From: Candidatus Nomurabacteria bacterium
GTDB lineage: Bacteria; Patescibacteriota; Minisyncoccia; Phycocordibacterales; UBA9973
Assembly: GCA_026395955.1 (NCBI GenBank)
Contig: JAPLXR010000004.1
Coordinates: 3,883-67,882, forward strand
Length of the DNA: 64,000 nt
Direction of reading: 5' to 3'
The position numbers were made by a program, and so were the translations under genes. Positions 9,067 through 18,429 of this stretch are shown one piece after another. The notes under the pieces were generated by a model. It was not told where the DNA came from, did not search any database, and was given only the letters and a program-made list of their open reading frames with translations. Positions within the stretch are counted from its first letter, which is position 1; each line of letters starts with the position of its first letter.

Positions 9067-11745
9067 ATTAATACTAAAATCTTCTCTTTCTTTTGTGAGA
9101 TTTATATTATAATAAGTATCTTTTTCAATTACTTCTTTCCATTTATTTTCCATATAATTTCTTTCAAATAAAACTCTTTTATATTTTTCTGGATTTTTAA
9201 ATTTTAAATCTTCATCAAATCCACGACTCAATGATTCATAATGATATAAAATAGAATAAGGTGTATAAACTATTAAATAATTTTTCTGTCTTAATTTTAA
9301 ACAAAAATCTACATCATTATAAGCTATAGGTAAATTAACTTCATCGAAACCACCAACCTCCAAAAAAAGACTTTTTTTAGTCAACAAACAAGCACCAGTA
9401 ACAGCACTATAATTTCTAATAACATCTAAAAAACCAGCATAACCATGAGAATTTAAATTATATTTCTTGAATGGATGACTAGCTATACCTAAACCCAGGA
9501 CTACACCAGCATGCTGAATAGTATCATTAAAATACAATAATTTTGCACCCACAGCTCCAACTTCTTTTCTCTGTATATGTTCCAACATAGAACTAAGCCA
9601 TTCGCCTTCTATTACTTCTGTATCGTTATTTAGAAATAAAATATATTCACTCTTCACAAAATTAACAGCAAAATTATTTATAGCCGAAAAATTAAATTCT
9701 TTTTCATATTTTAAAATATTTATATTTTCAATTTTATTCAAACTTTCTAAATAAGAAGAAGTTTCTTTTTCTTTACTATTGTTATCAACTAAGATAACTT
9801 CATAATTTTTATACGAAGTTATTTCTAAAATACTAGAAACACAATTTTTTAAAACTTGTACTTCATCTCTAAATGGAATAATTATAGAAACTTTTGGATT
9901 ACCAAGGATTTCTCTTTTACCTCTATAACTACCTTTAAATTTACCATACGAGAAATCCCCCCTTATATTATTTCTCTCAAAATATTCATTTAATGCTTTT
10001 TTTGCAGCTTCATTTGCGTATGATTTTGCATTAATACTGCCTGCAGTAGAACCTACTACTTTTCTCCAATGATATAAGATTTTTGATATATGAAAAATCT
10101 TACTAGAATTTGTTTTTTCTATAAACCTCAATACCAAATCATAATCTTGTGAACCTTCAAAGCCTTTACGAAAGCCACCAATATTATCAATAATTGATTT
10201 TCGATATAAACTCAAATGACAGGTGTACATTTCTGAAAGTAATAAATCGATAGACCAGTCAGGTTTGAAAAATGGATCACTTCTCTTGCCATTTAATTCT
10301 AATTTATCTTCGTCACTATATATAAAATCTATATCTTTATTTATATTTAAAACTTTTATATTTTCATAAAAAGCATTCAGAGACAATTCATCATCATTGT
10401 CTAAGAGAGCAATAAATTCACCCGTTGCTATTTTTAAGGCTTCATTTGAAGCCAAAGAAATGTTTTTATTTTCTTTACCAAAAAGTATTTTAATCCTAGG
10501 GTCAAAATCTTCCCATTTTTTTAAGCATTTTAAAGTATCTTTATTTGTAGAAGCATCATCATATAAACATAATTCCCAATTTTCATAATATTGATTCAAA
10601 ACTGAATTAATACATTTATCCAACCATCTTGGTTCAACATTATAAACAGGAGTAATTATAGAAATTTTTGGTCTATAATTTAAATTATTAATTTCTTTTT
10701 TTATTTCAGAAATATTTAAATTTTCATTATTATAAATCCAGATATCATAATCTTTATTAGAAATATTTTTTTTTGAACGAAAAATACTTTTTAATTTTTC
10801 ATATATTTCTTTCATTTTCCAAAATTTGGAAGCTTTCATAAAAGCTATTTCTTGGTTTTTTGAATTAATTATTTTGTGAAGATTTTTATTTTCTTGTTCT
10901 TTTATTTTTAATAATTCATTTAACTTTAAATGATCAATATTACTATTTAAATTAGTATCAATAATCTTATCTATTACAACTTCTTGAACTAAAGAATTTA
11001 TTTTTTTATATTCATCAACAACTTCTTTAGCAACACCAATCTTCTTAATCTCACCATTTTCTAAAATCATAGCGCGATCACAATAACGTTCTATGCTTGC
11101 TATATCATGACTGACCAAAATAACTGTTTTACCACTTGCTTTATATTTCTCAAATTCATTTATACATTTTATTTGAAAATTAGCATCTCCTACTGCAAGA
11201 ACTTCATCCATTAAAAGGATTTCTCTATTTGCATGGATAGCCACAGAAAAAGCCAAACGAACCTGCATACCAGAAGAATATTTTTTTATTTTCTGATCTA
11301 TAAAACGTTCCAATTCTGAAAAAGCTACTATTGAATCGAATTTTTCATCTATTTCTTTTTTGCATAAACCAAGGACAGTAGCGTTTAAATATATATTATC
11401 TCGACCAGAAAGTTCTGGATTGAAACCTATACCAAGTTCTAAAAATGGAGACACTAAACCATTTATTTCCAAAAAACCATTATCTAAACTATAAACACCA
11501 GCCAATATTTTTAAAAGGGTTGATTTACCACTACCATTCCTACCGAGTATACCGAAGAACTCTCCTTTCTTAACCTCAAAAGAAACATCTTTTAATGCAT
11601 AAAAGGAGTCGTAAGTTTTTTTATTAAATAAATTAATAAAAGCACTCTTTAAGGTATTTACTCTCTCATGTGGAATAATAAATTCTTTTGAAATATTTTT
11701 TACACAAATTGCATTTTTATTTTTTTGTTCATTTTCTTTACTCAT
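9058..11745 (-). CDS. Wzt-type ABC ATPase fused to a coiled coil and two GT2 domains
   Basis: GRNGSGKST, YSSGMQVRLAF, DEVLAVGD in the first ~250 aa; then ISIITPVYN and VSIIIPFRD GT2 domains in one ORF. Confidence 0.88.
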   Translation of the reverse strand: MSKENEQKNKNAICVKNISKEFIIPHERVNTLKSAFINLFNKKTYDSFYALKDVSFEVKKGEFFGILGRNGSGKSTLLKILAGVYSLDNGFLEINGLVSPFLELGIGFNPELSGRDNIYLNATVLGLCKKEIDEKFDSIVAFSELERFIDQKIKKYSSGMQVRLAFSVAIHANREILLMDEVLAVGDANFQIKCINEFEKYKASGKTVILVSHDIASIERYCDRAMILENGEIKKIGVAKEVVDEYKKINSLVQEVVIDKIIDTNLNSNIDHLKLNELLKIKEQENKNLHKIINSKNQEIAFMKASKFWKMKEIYEKLKSIFRSKKNISNKDYDIWIYNNENLNISEIKKEINNLNYRPKISIITPVYNVEPRWLDKCINSVLNQYYENWELCLYDDASTNKDTLKCLKKWEDFDPRIKILFGKENKNISLASNEALKIATGEFIALLDNDDELSLNAFYENIKVLNINKDIDFIYSDEDKLELNGKRSDPFFKPDWSIDLLLSEMYTCHLSLYRKSIIDNIGGFRKGFEGSQDYDLVLRFIEKTNSSKIFHISKILYHWRKVVGSTAGSINAKSYANEAAKKALNEYFERNNIRGDFSYGKFKGSYRGKREILGNPKVSIIIPFRDEVQVLKNCVSSILEITSYKNYEVILVDNNSKEKETSSYLESLNKIENINILKYEKEFNFSAINNFAVNFVKSEYILFLNNDTEVIEGEWLSSMLEHIQRKEVGAVGAKLLYFNDTIQHAGVVLGLGIASHPFKKYNLNSHGYAGFLDVIRNYSAVTGACLLTKKSLFLEVGGFDEVNLPIAYNDVDFCLKLRQKNYLIVYTPYSILYHYESLSRGFDEDLKFKNPEKYKRVLFERNYMENKWKEVIEKDTYYNINLTKEREDFSINLK

Positions 11746-12521
11746 ATAATTTCAGCTACTTTTTTCTCATATTTTTTAAATATAAAAAATGACAAGATAA
11801 ATACAAACACAATACTAAAAAATAAAATACTAAAATTATAAAATCCAGTAAAATTATTTGATATCAAACCTTGCTTTGAAAAATGAATTATAAAAGCCAA
11901 AGGATTTAATAATAAAATTTTCTGAGCATATATTGGCATTATTGATAGTGGATATACTATTGGTGAAGCATACATCAAAATAGAAAGTAGTACTTCCCAA
12001 ATATTAGACAAGTCACGAAAGCGAACAAAGAGTGGAGCTGTAACAAAAGAAAAGGCTACGATTAAAAGGTACAAAAGTATTGAATAAATTAAAAACATTA
12101 TAATACCTAAAAAGCTAGGCATTTTATCATAAATAAAAAAGAAAAAAGTTAGAACAATTAGATTCATTCCAAAAACAAAAAGAGAGTTAATAGTAGACCC
12201 TAAAACTATCGTCCACCTAGGAACGTAAGTTTTTGTAACAAGTTGAGCTTTTAAAACCAATGACATCATGCCGGCCATAGTACCTTCGGCAAAAAACTGA
12301 AACATTAACAATGCTGTCATTAACTCTAGAGGATAGTATGGATTAGTTGAATTCCTCATTCCGAAAATATTTGAAAAAACAAAATTCAAAACTGAAAACA
12401 TTAAAAGTGGTTTGAGTATAACCCAAACGTATCCCAAAGTACTACCATGATAACGTAATTTGAAATCCGTCTTAGCTAAACGTAAAACTAATTCTCTGTA
12501 ATTTTCATGTTTTTTTATCAT
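11742..12521 (-). CDS. wzm: Polysaccharide ABC transporter permease Wzm
   Basis: DFKLRYHGSTLGYVW, RFRDL, SPIVYP, LNPL; overlaps the wzt start. Confidence 0.9.
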   Translation of the reverse strand: MIKKHENYRELVLRLAKTDFKLRYHGSTLGYVWVILKPLLMFSVLNFVFSNIFGMRNSTNPYYPLELMTALLMFQFFAEGTMAGMMSLVLKAQLVTKTYVPRWTIVLGSTINSLFVFGMNLIVLTFFFFIYDKMPSFLGIIMFLIYSILLYLLIVAFSFVTAPLFVRFRDLSNIWEVLLSILMYASPIVYPLSIMPIYAQKILLLNPLAFIIHFSKQGLISNNFTGFYNFSILFFSIVFVFILSFFIFKKYEKKVAEII

Positions 12522-12535
12522 AAATAATCCTTTAA

Positions 12536-14521
12536 TTATAACATAATACCATTATTTTTCAGTCTTAAAATAACTTTATTATAATTTGCAACGTCTTTAT
12601 TTTGATTAAAATATTTTATAAAACTTTTATAAATATCTACGTTAATTGTTTCTTGGTTTTTAAAATAAGAAACACTTAAATCAAAACTTTTTTCAAAGTA
12701 ACTAAAAGACTCATCATATTTTTGTTGATACATCAAATTAAAAGCTAAACCATAATTCACGTCTGGTCTATTTGGAGAAATATTTATAATCTTTAAAAAA
12801 GAATCTTCTCCTTTTTGTAAAAATAAAGTATCTTTCAATAAATTACCTTTGATAGTATAAGCATTAGCTAAATACATTAAAGATTTTAAATTTAATTGAT
12901 CTTTTAGTGAATATTCTTCAGATGCTTTGATGGCTAAATCAAATAATTTTTTAGTTTTTTCATTTTGTATATTTCTATTATCTCCTGTAAATAAAACAAA
13001 ATCGTTTCTGATATCCATCTGTGCAACAGTAAAAGGATATAAAACAGAATTAATATTCTGCAACATTAGATTTTGACTACCATCAACACGTAAAGAATGA
13101 TATTTATGCATTTGTGCATAAGCAATCAAATCATTACTAAAATATATAAAAACTATAAACACAGTTATTATTGGTAAAAATAAAGTGGTAGCTTTTAAAT
13201 ATTTTTTATTGTCTTCAACTTTATTTTCTTTTTTATTTAAATCTACAGAAACAATAAAAGCTAGAATAATGAAAAATGATATATATGTATTGATTTGATC
13301 AAAGATAAATAAAAGATGTACAAAAAGTGCAATACCATAGAACAACAAAGCTATATTTATTAGAGAAAAATCTTTCCTTTTAAAAATATTTCTAAAACAT
13401 AAGAAATATATAGCTAAATAAGCTATTAGACCTAAAAAGCCATTCATCACTAAAACATCAAATAATTTATCATGTGCTCTATCAAATGAAACAACTTCAT
13501 AATCAAACTGTTTTATATTGAAATATCTAGCATAAGCTTGAGCAAAATTCTCTGGACCCCAACCAACTAAAAACTTTTTTAGACCATTATGTGCAGGATT
13601 TACAGCGTCTAAACTCACACCTACGTTCAATATCCTCGTTTGTAGAGTCGTATCATTCGAAGTCATAACCGCTACCCTAGAAAAACCAGGAACCTTTTGC
13701 CAGAAAACATTTGAACGAGTAACAATGAAAATAAGAGAAAAAGAGAAAATAATACCTAACAATATCAGAGAGATTCTACTTAAATTGTACTTTTTATAAG
13801 AAATACCCTTCCCTTTCAAACTACAGTAAATAAGTATCAGAATAATACCAATAGCGAGACCCAGTATTGAGCCTCTAGTGCCAGTAACAAATATACCCAA
13901 GATTGATAATAAAAATACTTTTACAGAAAAGTATTTCCATAATCTATTTTTTTCTTCACTAAACACAACCAATGAACAAAAAATAGCAAAGAGTAAATAT
14001 CCAGCTAGAAATGTCGGGTTACTAAAAAAAGACCCAGGTCTAGCTACACCATTAAAATATTGGAAAAATTCCCTTATTAACAAAAAGAAGGAAGTAAAAA
14101 GACTTATTTTGAAAAACCATAAATAATCTTCTTTTTCAAAAATTAAAACAGAAAATACGAAGAAAAAAAAGATATAAGCTAGTCCCACGAAGCCTTCTGC
14201 ACGCTCTATATTGCCCCAGAAAGCTGTGTATTTATCTACAGCAAGAAAAGTACTAATAGTATATATGAAGAAGAATACCAATACAGATACAATCAAAGGC
14301 TTCTTTGTGAGTCTTTTTATTTTTTCGACAATTTCTGTTTTAAAGATCTTATCAGTAAAAAAATTAGTTAAAAATAATATACTAATCAAAAAAATCAAAC
14401 TTCTAAAGAAAAAACTTTCCCCTGTTATGTAAGGGTAAAAAACATTATTATCTACTATAAGTGGAGTAAGTGCAGTTAAACAGAGTAAAATCTTTATTAT
14501 CTTCTTCATATTATTTATCAA
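12536..14521 (-). CDS. O-antigen ligase/oligosaccharyltransferase-like membrane protein with C-terminal TPR
   Basis: Many TMs; NPTFLAGYL, TGTRGSILG, GWGPENF, DRAHD motifs; TPR-like tail; the start may be 14509. Confidence 0.8.
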   Translation of the reverse strand: MINNMKKIIKILLCLTALTPLIVDNNVFYPYITGESFFFRSLIFLISILFLTNFFTDKIFKTEIVEKIKRLTKKPLIVSVLVFFFIYTISTFLAVDKYTAFWGNIERAEGFVGLAYIFFFFVFSVLIFEKEDYLWFFKISLFTSFFLLIREFFQYFNGVARPGSFFSNPTFLAGYLLFAIFCSLVVFSEEKNRLWKYFSVKVFLLSILGIFVTGTRGSILGLAIGIILILIYCSLKGKGISYKKYNLSRISLILLGIIFSFSLIFIVTRSNVFWQKVPGFSRVAVMTSNDTTLQTRILNVGVSLDAVNPAHNGLKKFLVGWGPENFAQAYARYFNIKQFDYEVVSFDRAHDKLFDVLVMNGFLGLIAYLAIYFLCFRNIFKRKDFSLINIALLFYGIALFVHLLFIFDQINTYISFFIILAFIVSVDLNKKENKVEDNKKYLKATTLFLPIITVFIVFIYFSNDLIAYAQMHKYHSLRVDGSQNLMLQNINSVLYPFTVAQMDIRNDFVLFTGDNRNIQNEKTKKLFDLAIKASEEYSLKDQLNLKSLMYLANAYTIKGNLLKDTLFLQKGEDSFLKIINISPNRPDVNYGLAFNLMYQQKYDESFSYFEKSFDLSVSYFKNQETINVDIYKSFIKYFNQNKDVANYNKVILRLKNNGIML

Positions 14522-15422
14522 AAATATTTACGAGGTAATTATCTATCGTACGTTGGTCTTCATCATAAAAATATTTATTTTCTTCATGTAAACGAGTAGC
14601 CAGTGCTACTCCTACGAAACGCCAGTGCCATGGTTCAAATTTATAATATGCATTACCATCTGGATATGAAATTACGAAACCATATTTATAACCATTGTCC
14701 ACGAGCCATTTGTATTCTGGTGTATGACTGAAACCAACCAAAATACCAGATGTTTTTGAAGTAGTGAAATCAAGTGCAGTACCTAGCTGATGTTCTGAAT
14801 AACCTTGATCAGCTGAAAAAGTATTTGCTCCTGATCCATATGCGACCTTGTAAGCATCTTTCAATGTAGATTGAGTAGCAAAAGAACGATAAGCAGAAAA
14901 AGCTTTTATAGAAACTCCGTCACTATTCCCTGCATCTATTAATTCTTGCAAAAAAGGAAGTGCATCTGTTAAAAACTGATAATTCACACTTTGCTCATCT
15001 CTGTATTCAGCAGGAACCTCAGCCAAAGAAACAGGAATATAATGTTCATTCAAAAAATAAACCTTTGAATATTTCTTTAAAAGCTCTGGATCTGTCGTAC
15101 TTAATTTTTCCAAAGCTCCGACAGTATTTGTAATCTCACTGAATTGATCATTTAAAATAGAATTTTTTTGTTTTTCTTGTTCTAATACACTAGCGATACT
15201 AGACTGAGTGGATTGTGTATTATTAATCAAATCATAAATTTCTTTAATTTTTTTCTGGTTTTGATTATTAGATACAGCCATTTGAGCCTCAGATTGAGCA
15301 ATCATTTTTTCTACACCATAAAAACGGTAATTAATATATGAAATTAGGCCAAATACAGCGATACCGATAATCAAAAAACCTAGATTATTAAGGTTTAAAA
15401 ATTTGTTAAAAATAGCTTTCAT
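14511..15422 (-). CDS. D-Ala-D-Ala carboxypeptidase (M15B/VanY) with N-terminal TM and coiled coil
   Basis: SAYRS, SEHQLGTALD, FEPWHWRFVG. Confidence 0.9.
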   Translation of the reverse strand: MKAIFNKFLNLNNLGFLIIGIAVFGLISYINYRFYGVEKMIAQSEAQMAVSNNQNQKKIKEIYDLINNTQSTQSSIASVLEQEKQKNSILNDQFSEITNTVGALEKLSTTDPELLKKYSKVYFLNEHYIPVSLAEVPAEYRDEQSVNYQFLTDALPFLQELIDAGNSDGVSIKAFSAYRSFATQSTLKDAYKVAYGSGANTFSADQGYSEHQLGTALDFTTSKTSGILVGFSHTPEYKWLVDNGYKYGFVISYPDGNAYYKFEPWHWRFVGVALATRLHEENKYFYDEDQRTIDNYLVNIFDK

Positions 15423-15436
15423 GGAGTGATTATAGC

Positions 15437-15478
15437 AAAATTAAACAACAAAAAACACCCCGTGAGGGGTGTTTTTTG
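15437..15478. repeat. 42-bp direct repeat copy 1 (contains terminator hairpin)
   Basis: Matches 15842-15883 with 1 mismatch. Confidence 0.9.
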
Positions 15479-15513
15479 GGTTCGGGTTTTCTTCTGTTTT
15501 AATAATATAAATA

Positions 15514-15762
15514 TTAAGATGCCAATTTTAAATCAAGTTTTTCAGCAATTTGTCTTATCCATTGATCATGTCTAGAAAGTTGATTTGAAATAGCTGCATA
15601 TTCTACTGTAAATTCACTTATTGATTTAGATAAAGAATCACTAGAGACAATGAGACCTTGAACAAGTTCTTTTAAACCTTCCAAGTCAACTTTAATCTCT
15701 TGAATATCATTCTTAGAAGCCAAGACGGAAGTTAATTTGTCTATATCTTGATCTGTTAACAT
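15514..15762 (-). CDS. Small coiled-coil hypothetical protein
   Basis: 82-aa heptad-rich ORF; TATAAT 6 nt before ATG. Confidence 0.7.
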   Translation of the reverse strand: MLTDQDIDKLTSVLASKNDIQEIKVDLEGLKELVQGLIVSSDSLSKSISEFTVEYAAISNQLSRHDQWIRQIAEKLDLKLAS

Positions 15763-15805
15763 ACAATTATTATATCAAACCGAAAAAACAGTGCAACTCC
15801 CCCGA

Positions 15806-15830
15806 ACTCGCAAGGACTGTCCTTGCGAGT
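15806..15830. repeat. REP-like perfect palindrome
   Basis: actcgcaaggac-t-gtccttgcgagt. Confidence 0.7.
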
Positions 15831-15841
15831 GGTTGGATGTT

Positions 15842-15883
15842 AAAATTAACCAACAAAAAACACCCCGTGAGGGGTGTTTTTTG
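15842..15883. repeat. 42-bp direct repeat copy 2 (terminator of the S-layer-like gene)
   Basis: aaaaaacacccc-gtga-ggggtgtttttt. Confidence 0.9.
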
Positions 15884-15926
15884 AATACGTTTTAAGGTGT
15901 ATTTACCAGTGCTACTCTTCTATAAA

Positions 15927-17879
15927 CTAGATAGCGTAATCAGAAAGTGTAACATCACCAGTTACGAAATCACCAAGATTTGATGAGTAGTAATTAGTAT
16001 TTGAATCATCACTTGCTGTACCCCAGTTTACTGAGTTAAGAGCTACATGGTAGAAACCATCAGAGTTTGTATGATCTGAGGCATCAAGAGCAAAGTTTAC
16101 AGTTAATGTAAATGTTCTTGAATCATTTGCGCCAACAAAGAATGCATCAACAGTATCATCTGTTGTAGCACCTGTAGCTGAAAGGATTCCAGTTGATGCT
16201 ACATATGTACCAGCTGCTGGTGCTGAATCAGTACCATTTTTGAATACACTGTAAGCATTTCCTTGTCCTGCACCTGTACCTGTACTATCTACTGTAGGCT
16301 TGTTTACATATAAATCTGTATCACCGAAATTAGATACCTTGTATTTAATAGTAAATGTACCACTATCAGGTGTTGTTGCTGGAGCTGTAGAAGAATGTAC
16401 TACAGCACCATCATTTGATGAAGAAACAAATTCTAGATTGATACCATCAGCAAAGAAGTTTTGAGTATTTCCTTGTGCTGTACCAACTCTGTTTCCTCCT
16501 GCAATAGCATCACCATTCGAATCTTCAACGTTTGAAGTTGCATAACTTACAAGCAAGTTTTCACCAGCAAGTAATGTTGCAGAAATCTTGTTAACTTTAG
16601 CGTATACATCAAAAGTTACTGTTTTTCCTGCAGCGATTTCTAAAGGATTATCAAGTGTGAATACATATGTATCATCACTAGATAATGTTTCATCGTTTGA
16701 AGCAATTTGTTCACCTAAAACCTTGATTGTAACTTCACTTGTAGCTTCAGATAATGTATCAGCTCCAGGAGTTGAAAGAGCAAGACTGATACTATTTACT
16801 GTCATTGCTGAACCAGTAGCCTTAAGTTTGAATTCATTCATCAATACACTTGTTGTAGTTGTTGAAGAAACTCTTACGTTACCAGCTGATGGCATTGAAC
16901 CTTTTGAGACTGTAAGTTTCAAATCTCCAGAAGCAAGACTATCAAAAGTTACTCCTGTATTTGTATTTGTACCATCTCTAGAAATTGAAGTAGTGTCACT
17001 CATAACCATTCCTGTTCCGTCCATCCAACGAGTTGAATCAACTGAAACAGTCCAGTCATTAGTTAAAATATCATTACTATCAATATTTGAAACTGCGGTT
17101 ATTGCTACATAGAAAGTTTGTTTATTTGAAACTCCTGCAGCTACAGTTGCACCTGTAAGTGAAATGTTTTTTGAGTAAGTTGTTCCAGATTTAACGAAAT
17201 CACTTATCAAAGCAGATCCTACTTTAGTAGAACCCATCCATACTGAAACTTCACTAGCATAACGATCGATTCTTGTTGAAGATCCATCTAGATCTGTGTT
17301 ATGGAATGAAACTTTAACATTGTTTACATTGATACTTGAACCAGCTGCTTGAGCCTTGAAAGCAAGTACTTTTGTAGCAACATCTCCTTCTTTTACTGAA
17401 CTATCAGTATCAGCTGTTGTAGCTGTGATTGTAAGATCACCTGCTGCACCTGAAAGAGAACCTGTTGTTGTTGTTCCTGGGTTAGCTGTACATGTGAATC
17501 CTGCTGGACAAGTAGCAGCAACAACTGGTGTTGTTGAAGTACATGTGAATCCTGCTGGACAAGTAGCTGAAGCTACTGGAGCTGCAGTACCTGCTAATGA
17601 AGCACGTGTAAGTGGACCTACGAATCCTGTTGAAGGGATACCGTGAGCTGTTTGGTAAGCTTTAACAGCAGCTAATGTGATATTTCCGAAATATCCTGTA
17701 GCTGGAGTAACAGCTAATTTTGTTTGAAGACAAGTAACGTCTGCTCCAGACATTGTTTGCTTTAAGTCCATTGAGATTGAACAATCAGCTGATGCCTTTG
17801 TACTTTTGAAAGTAACACCGACAACAACTAATGTAACAATCATTAAACCAAAAGCGATTGATTTTAATAATTTATTCAT
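15927..17879 (-). CDS. Secreted S-layer-like surface protein with peptidoglycan-binding domain
   Basis: Signal peptide; TGYFGNITLAAVKAYQ...TGFVGPLTRA PG-binding motif; two TCPAGFTC repeats; Ser/Thr-rich beta body; strongly biased codon usage. Confidence 0.75.
   Translation of the reverse strand: MNKLLKSIAFGLMIVTLVVVGVTFKSTKASADCSISMDLKQTMSGADVTCLQTKLAVTPATGYFGNITLAAVKAYQTAHGIPSTGFVGPLTRASLAGTAAPVASATCPAGFTCTSTTPVVAATCPAGFTCTANPGTTTTGSLSGAAGDLTITATTADTDSSVKEGDVATKVLAFKAQAAGSSINVNNVKVSFHNTDLDGSSTRIDRYASEVSVWMGSTKVGSALISDFVKSGTTYSKNISLTGATVAAGVSNKQTFYVAITAVSNIDSNDILTNDWTVSVDSTRWMDGTGMVMSDTTSISRDGTNTNTGVTFDSLASGDLKLTVSKGSMPSAGNVRVSSTTTTSVLMNEFKLKATGSAMTVNSISLALSTPGADTLSEATSEVTIKVLGEQIASNDETLSSDDTYVFTLDNPLEIAAGKTVTFDVYAKVNKISATLLAGENLLVSYATSNVEDSNGDAIAGGNRVGTAQGNTQNFFADGINLEFVSSSNDGAVVHSSTAPATTPDSGTFTIKYKVSNFGDTDLYVNKPTVDSTGTGAGQGNAYSVFKNGTDSAPAAGTYVASTGILSATGATTDDTVDAFFVGANDSRTFTLTVNFALDASDHTNSDGFYHVALNSVNWGTASDDSNTNYYSSNLGDFVTGDVTLSDYAI
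17488..17567. repeat. 29-bp intragenic direct repeat encoding ATCPAGFTC twice
   Basis: gtacatgtgaatcctgctggacaagtagc at 17488-17516 and 17539-17567. Confidence 0.9.
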
Positions 17880-18247
17880 AAAGTTATCTAATATCCCTAC
17901 ATCTGGTTCTTTATTTTTAATTTATAAAAATTAATAATGTAATAAAAAATTCAGAGTAAGTTTTTGTACGCCATTAATTAGTTTCGACAAAACCAAGGAC
18001 GTACATTTTTTCTATCACTTTTACTTGTTCCCTTTTTAATGGAATAAGGAAAAGTGGACAGATATAAACTAATCGAAAAACAATAAACTAAATCCAACAG
18101 AATTAAATTCTGTGAGATTTTTTTATTTATTTTTCAATGACCTTTCATTTCATTTATCTTGATATTCTTTCGACAAAATCTCAAAACAAATGATCGTAAG
18201 TGTATCAAAGTAATACGTAAAAATACGTGATACTCTGACACAATACT

Positions 18248-18276
18248 ATTATAATACTCGACTGTATAAACAGCAA
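18248..18276 (-). promoter_or_regulatory. Sigma70-type promoter for the S-layer-like gene (about 360-nt leader)
   Basis: TTGCTG-17 nt-TATAAT on the minus strand; DnaA box at 18285-18293. Confidence 0.65.
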
Positions 18277-18429
18277 ATATTATATGTGGATAACTAAGGC
18301 TTTTTGGCCAAAATCACCACTCCTATAGTATCGCATATTTTAAGCAAAAATGCAACTATGAGGAGTCAATATATATGACGAGATAGATGAGAAATTCTTA
18401 CAAAATTTTAAGACAGTTTCAAGGACATT

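Noticed and set aside
16588-17646. Long antisense ORFs opposite the S-layer-like gene (and similar ones opposite ftsK, ftsH, secY, rplL and others)
   Set aside because: Shadow frames caused by codon bias of the real genes; no recognisable motifs
17880-18429. Possible oriC (long intergenic region with a DnaA box)
   Set aside because: Only one perfect box, no dnaA/dnaN nearby, and ribosomal genes on both sides keep the same orientation
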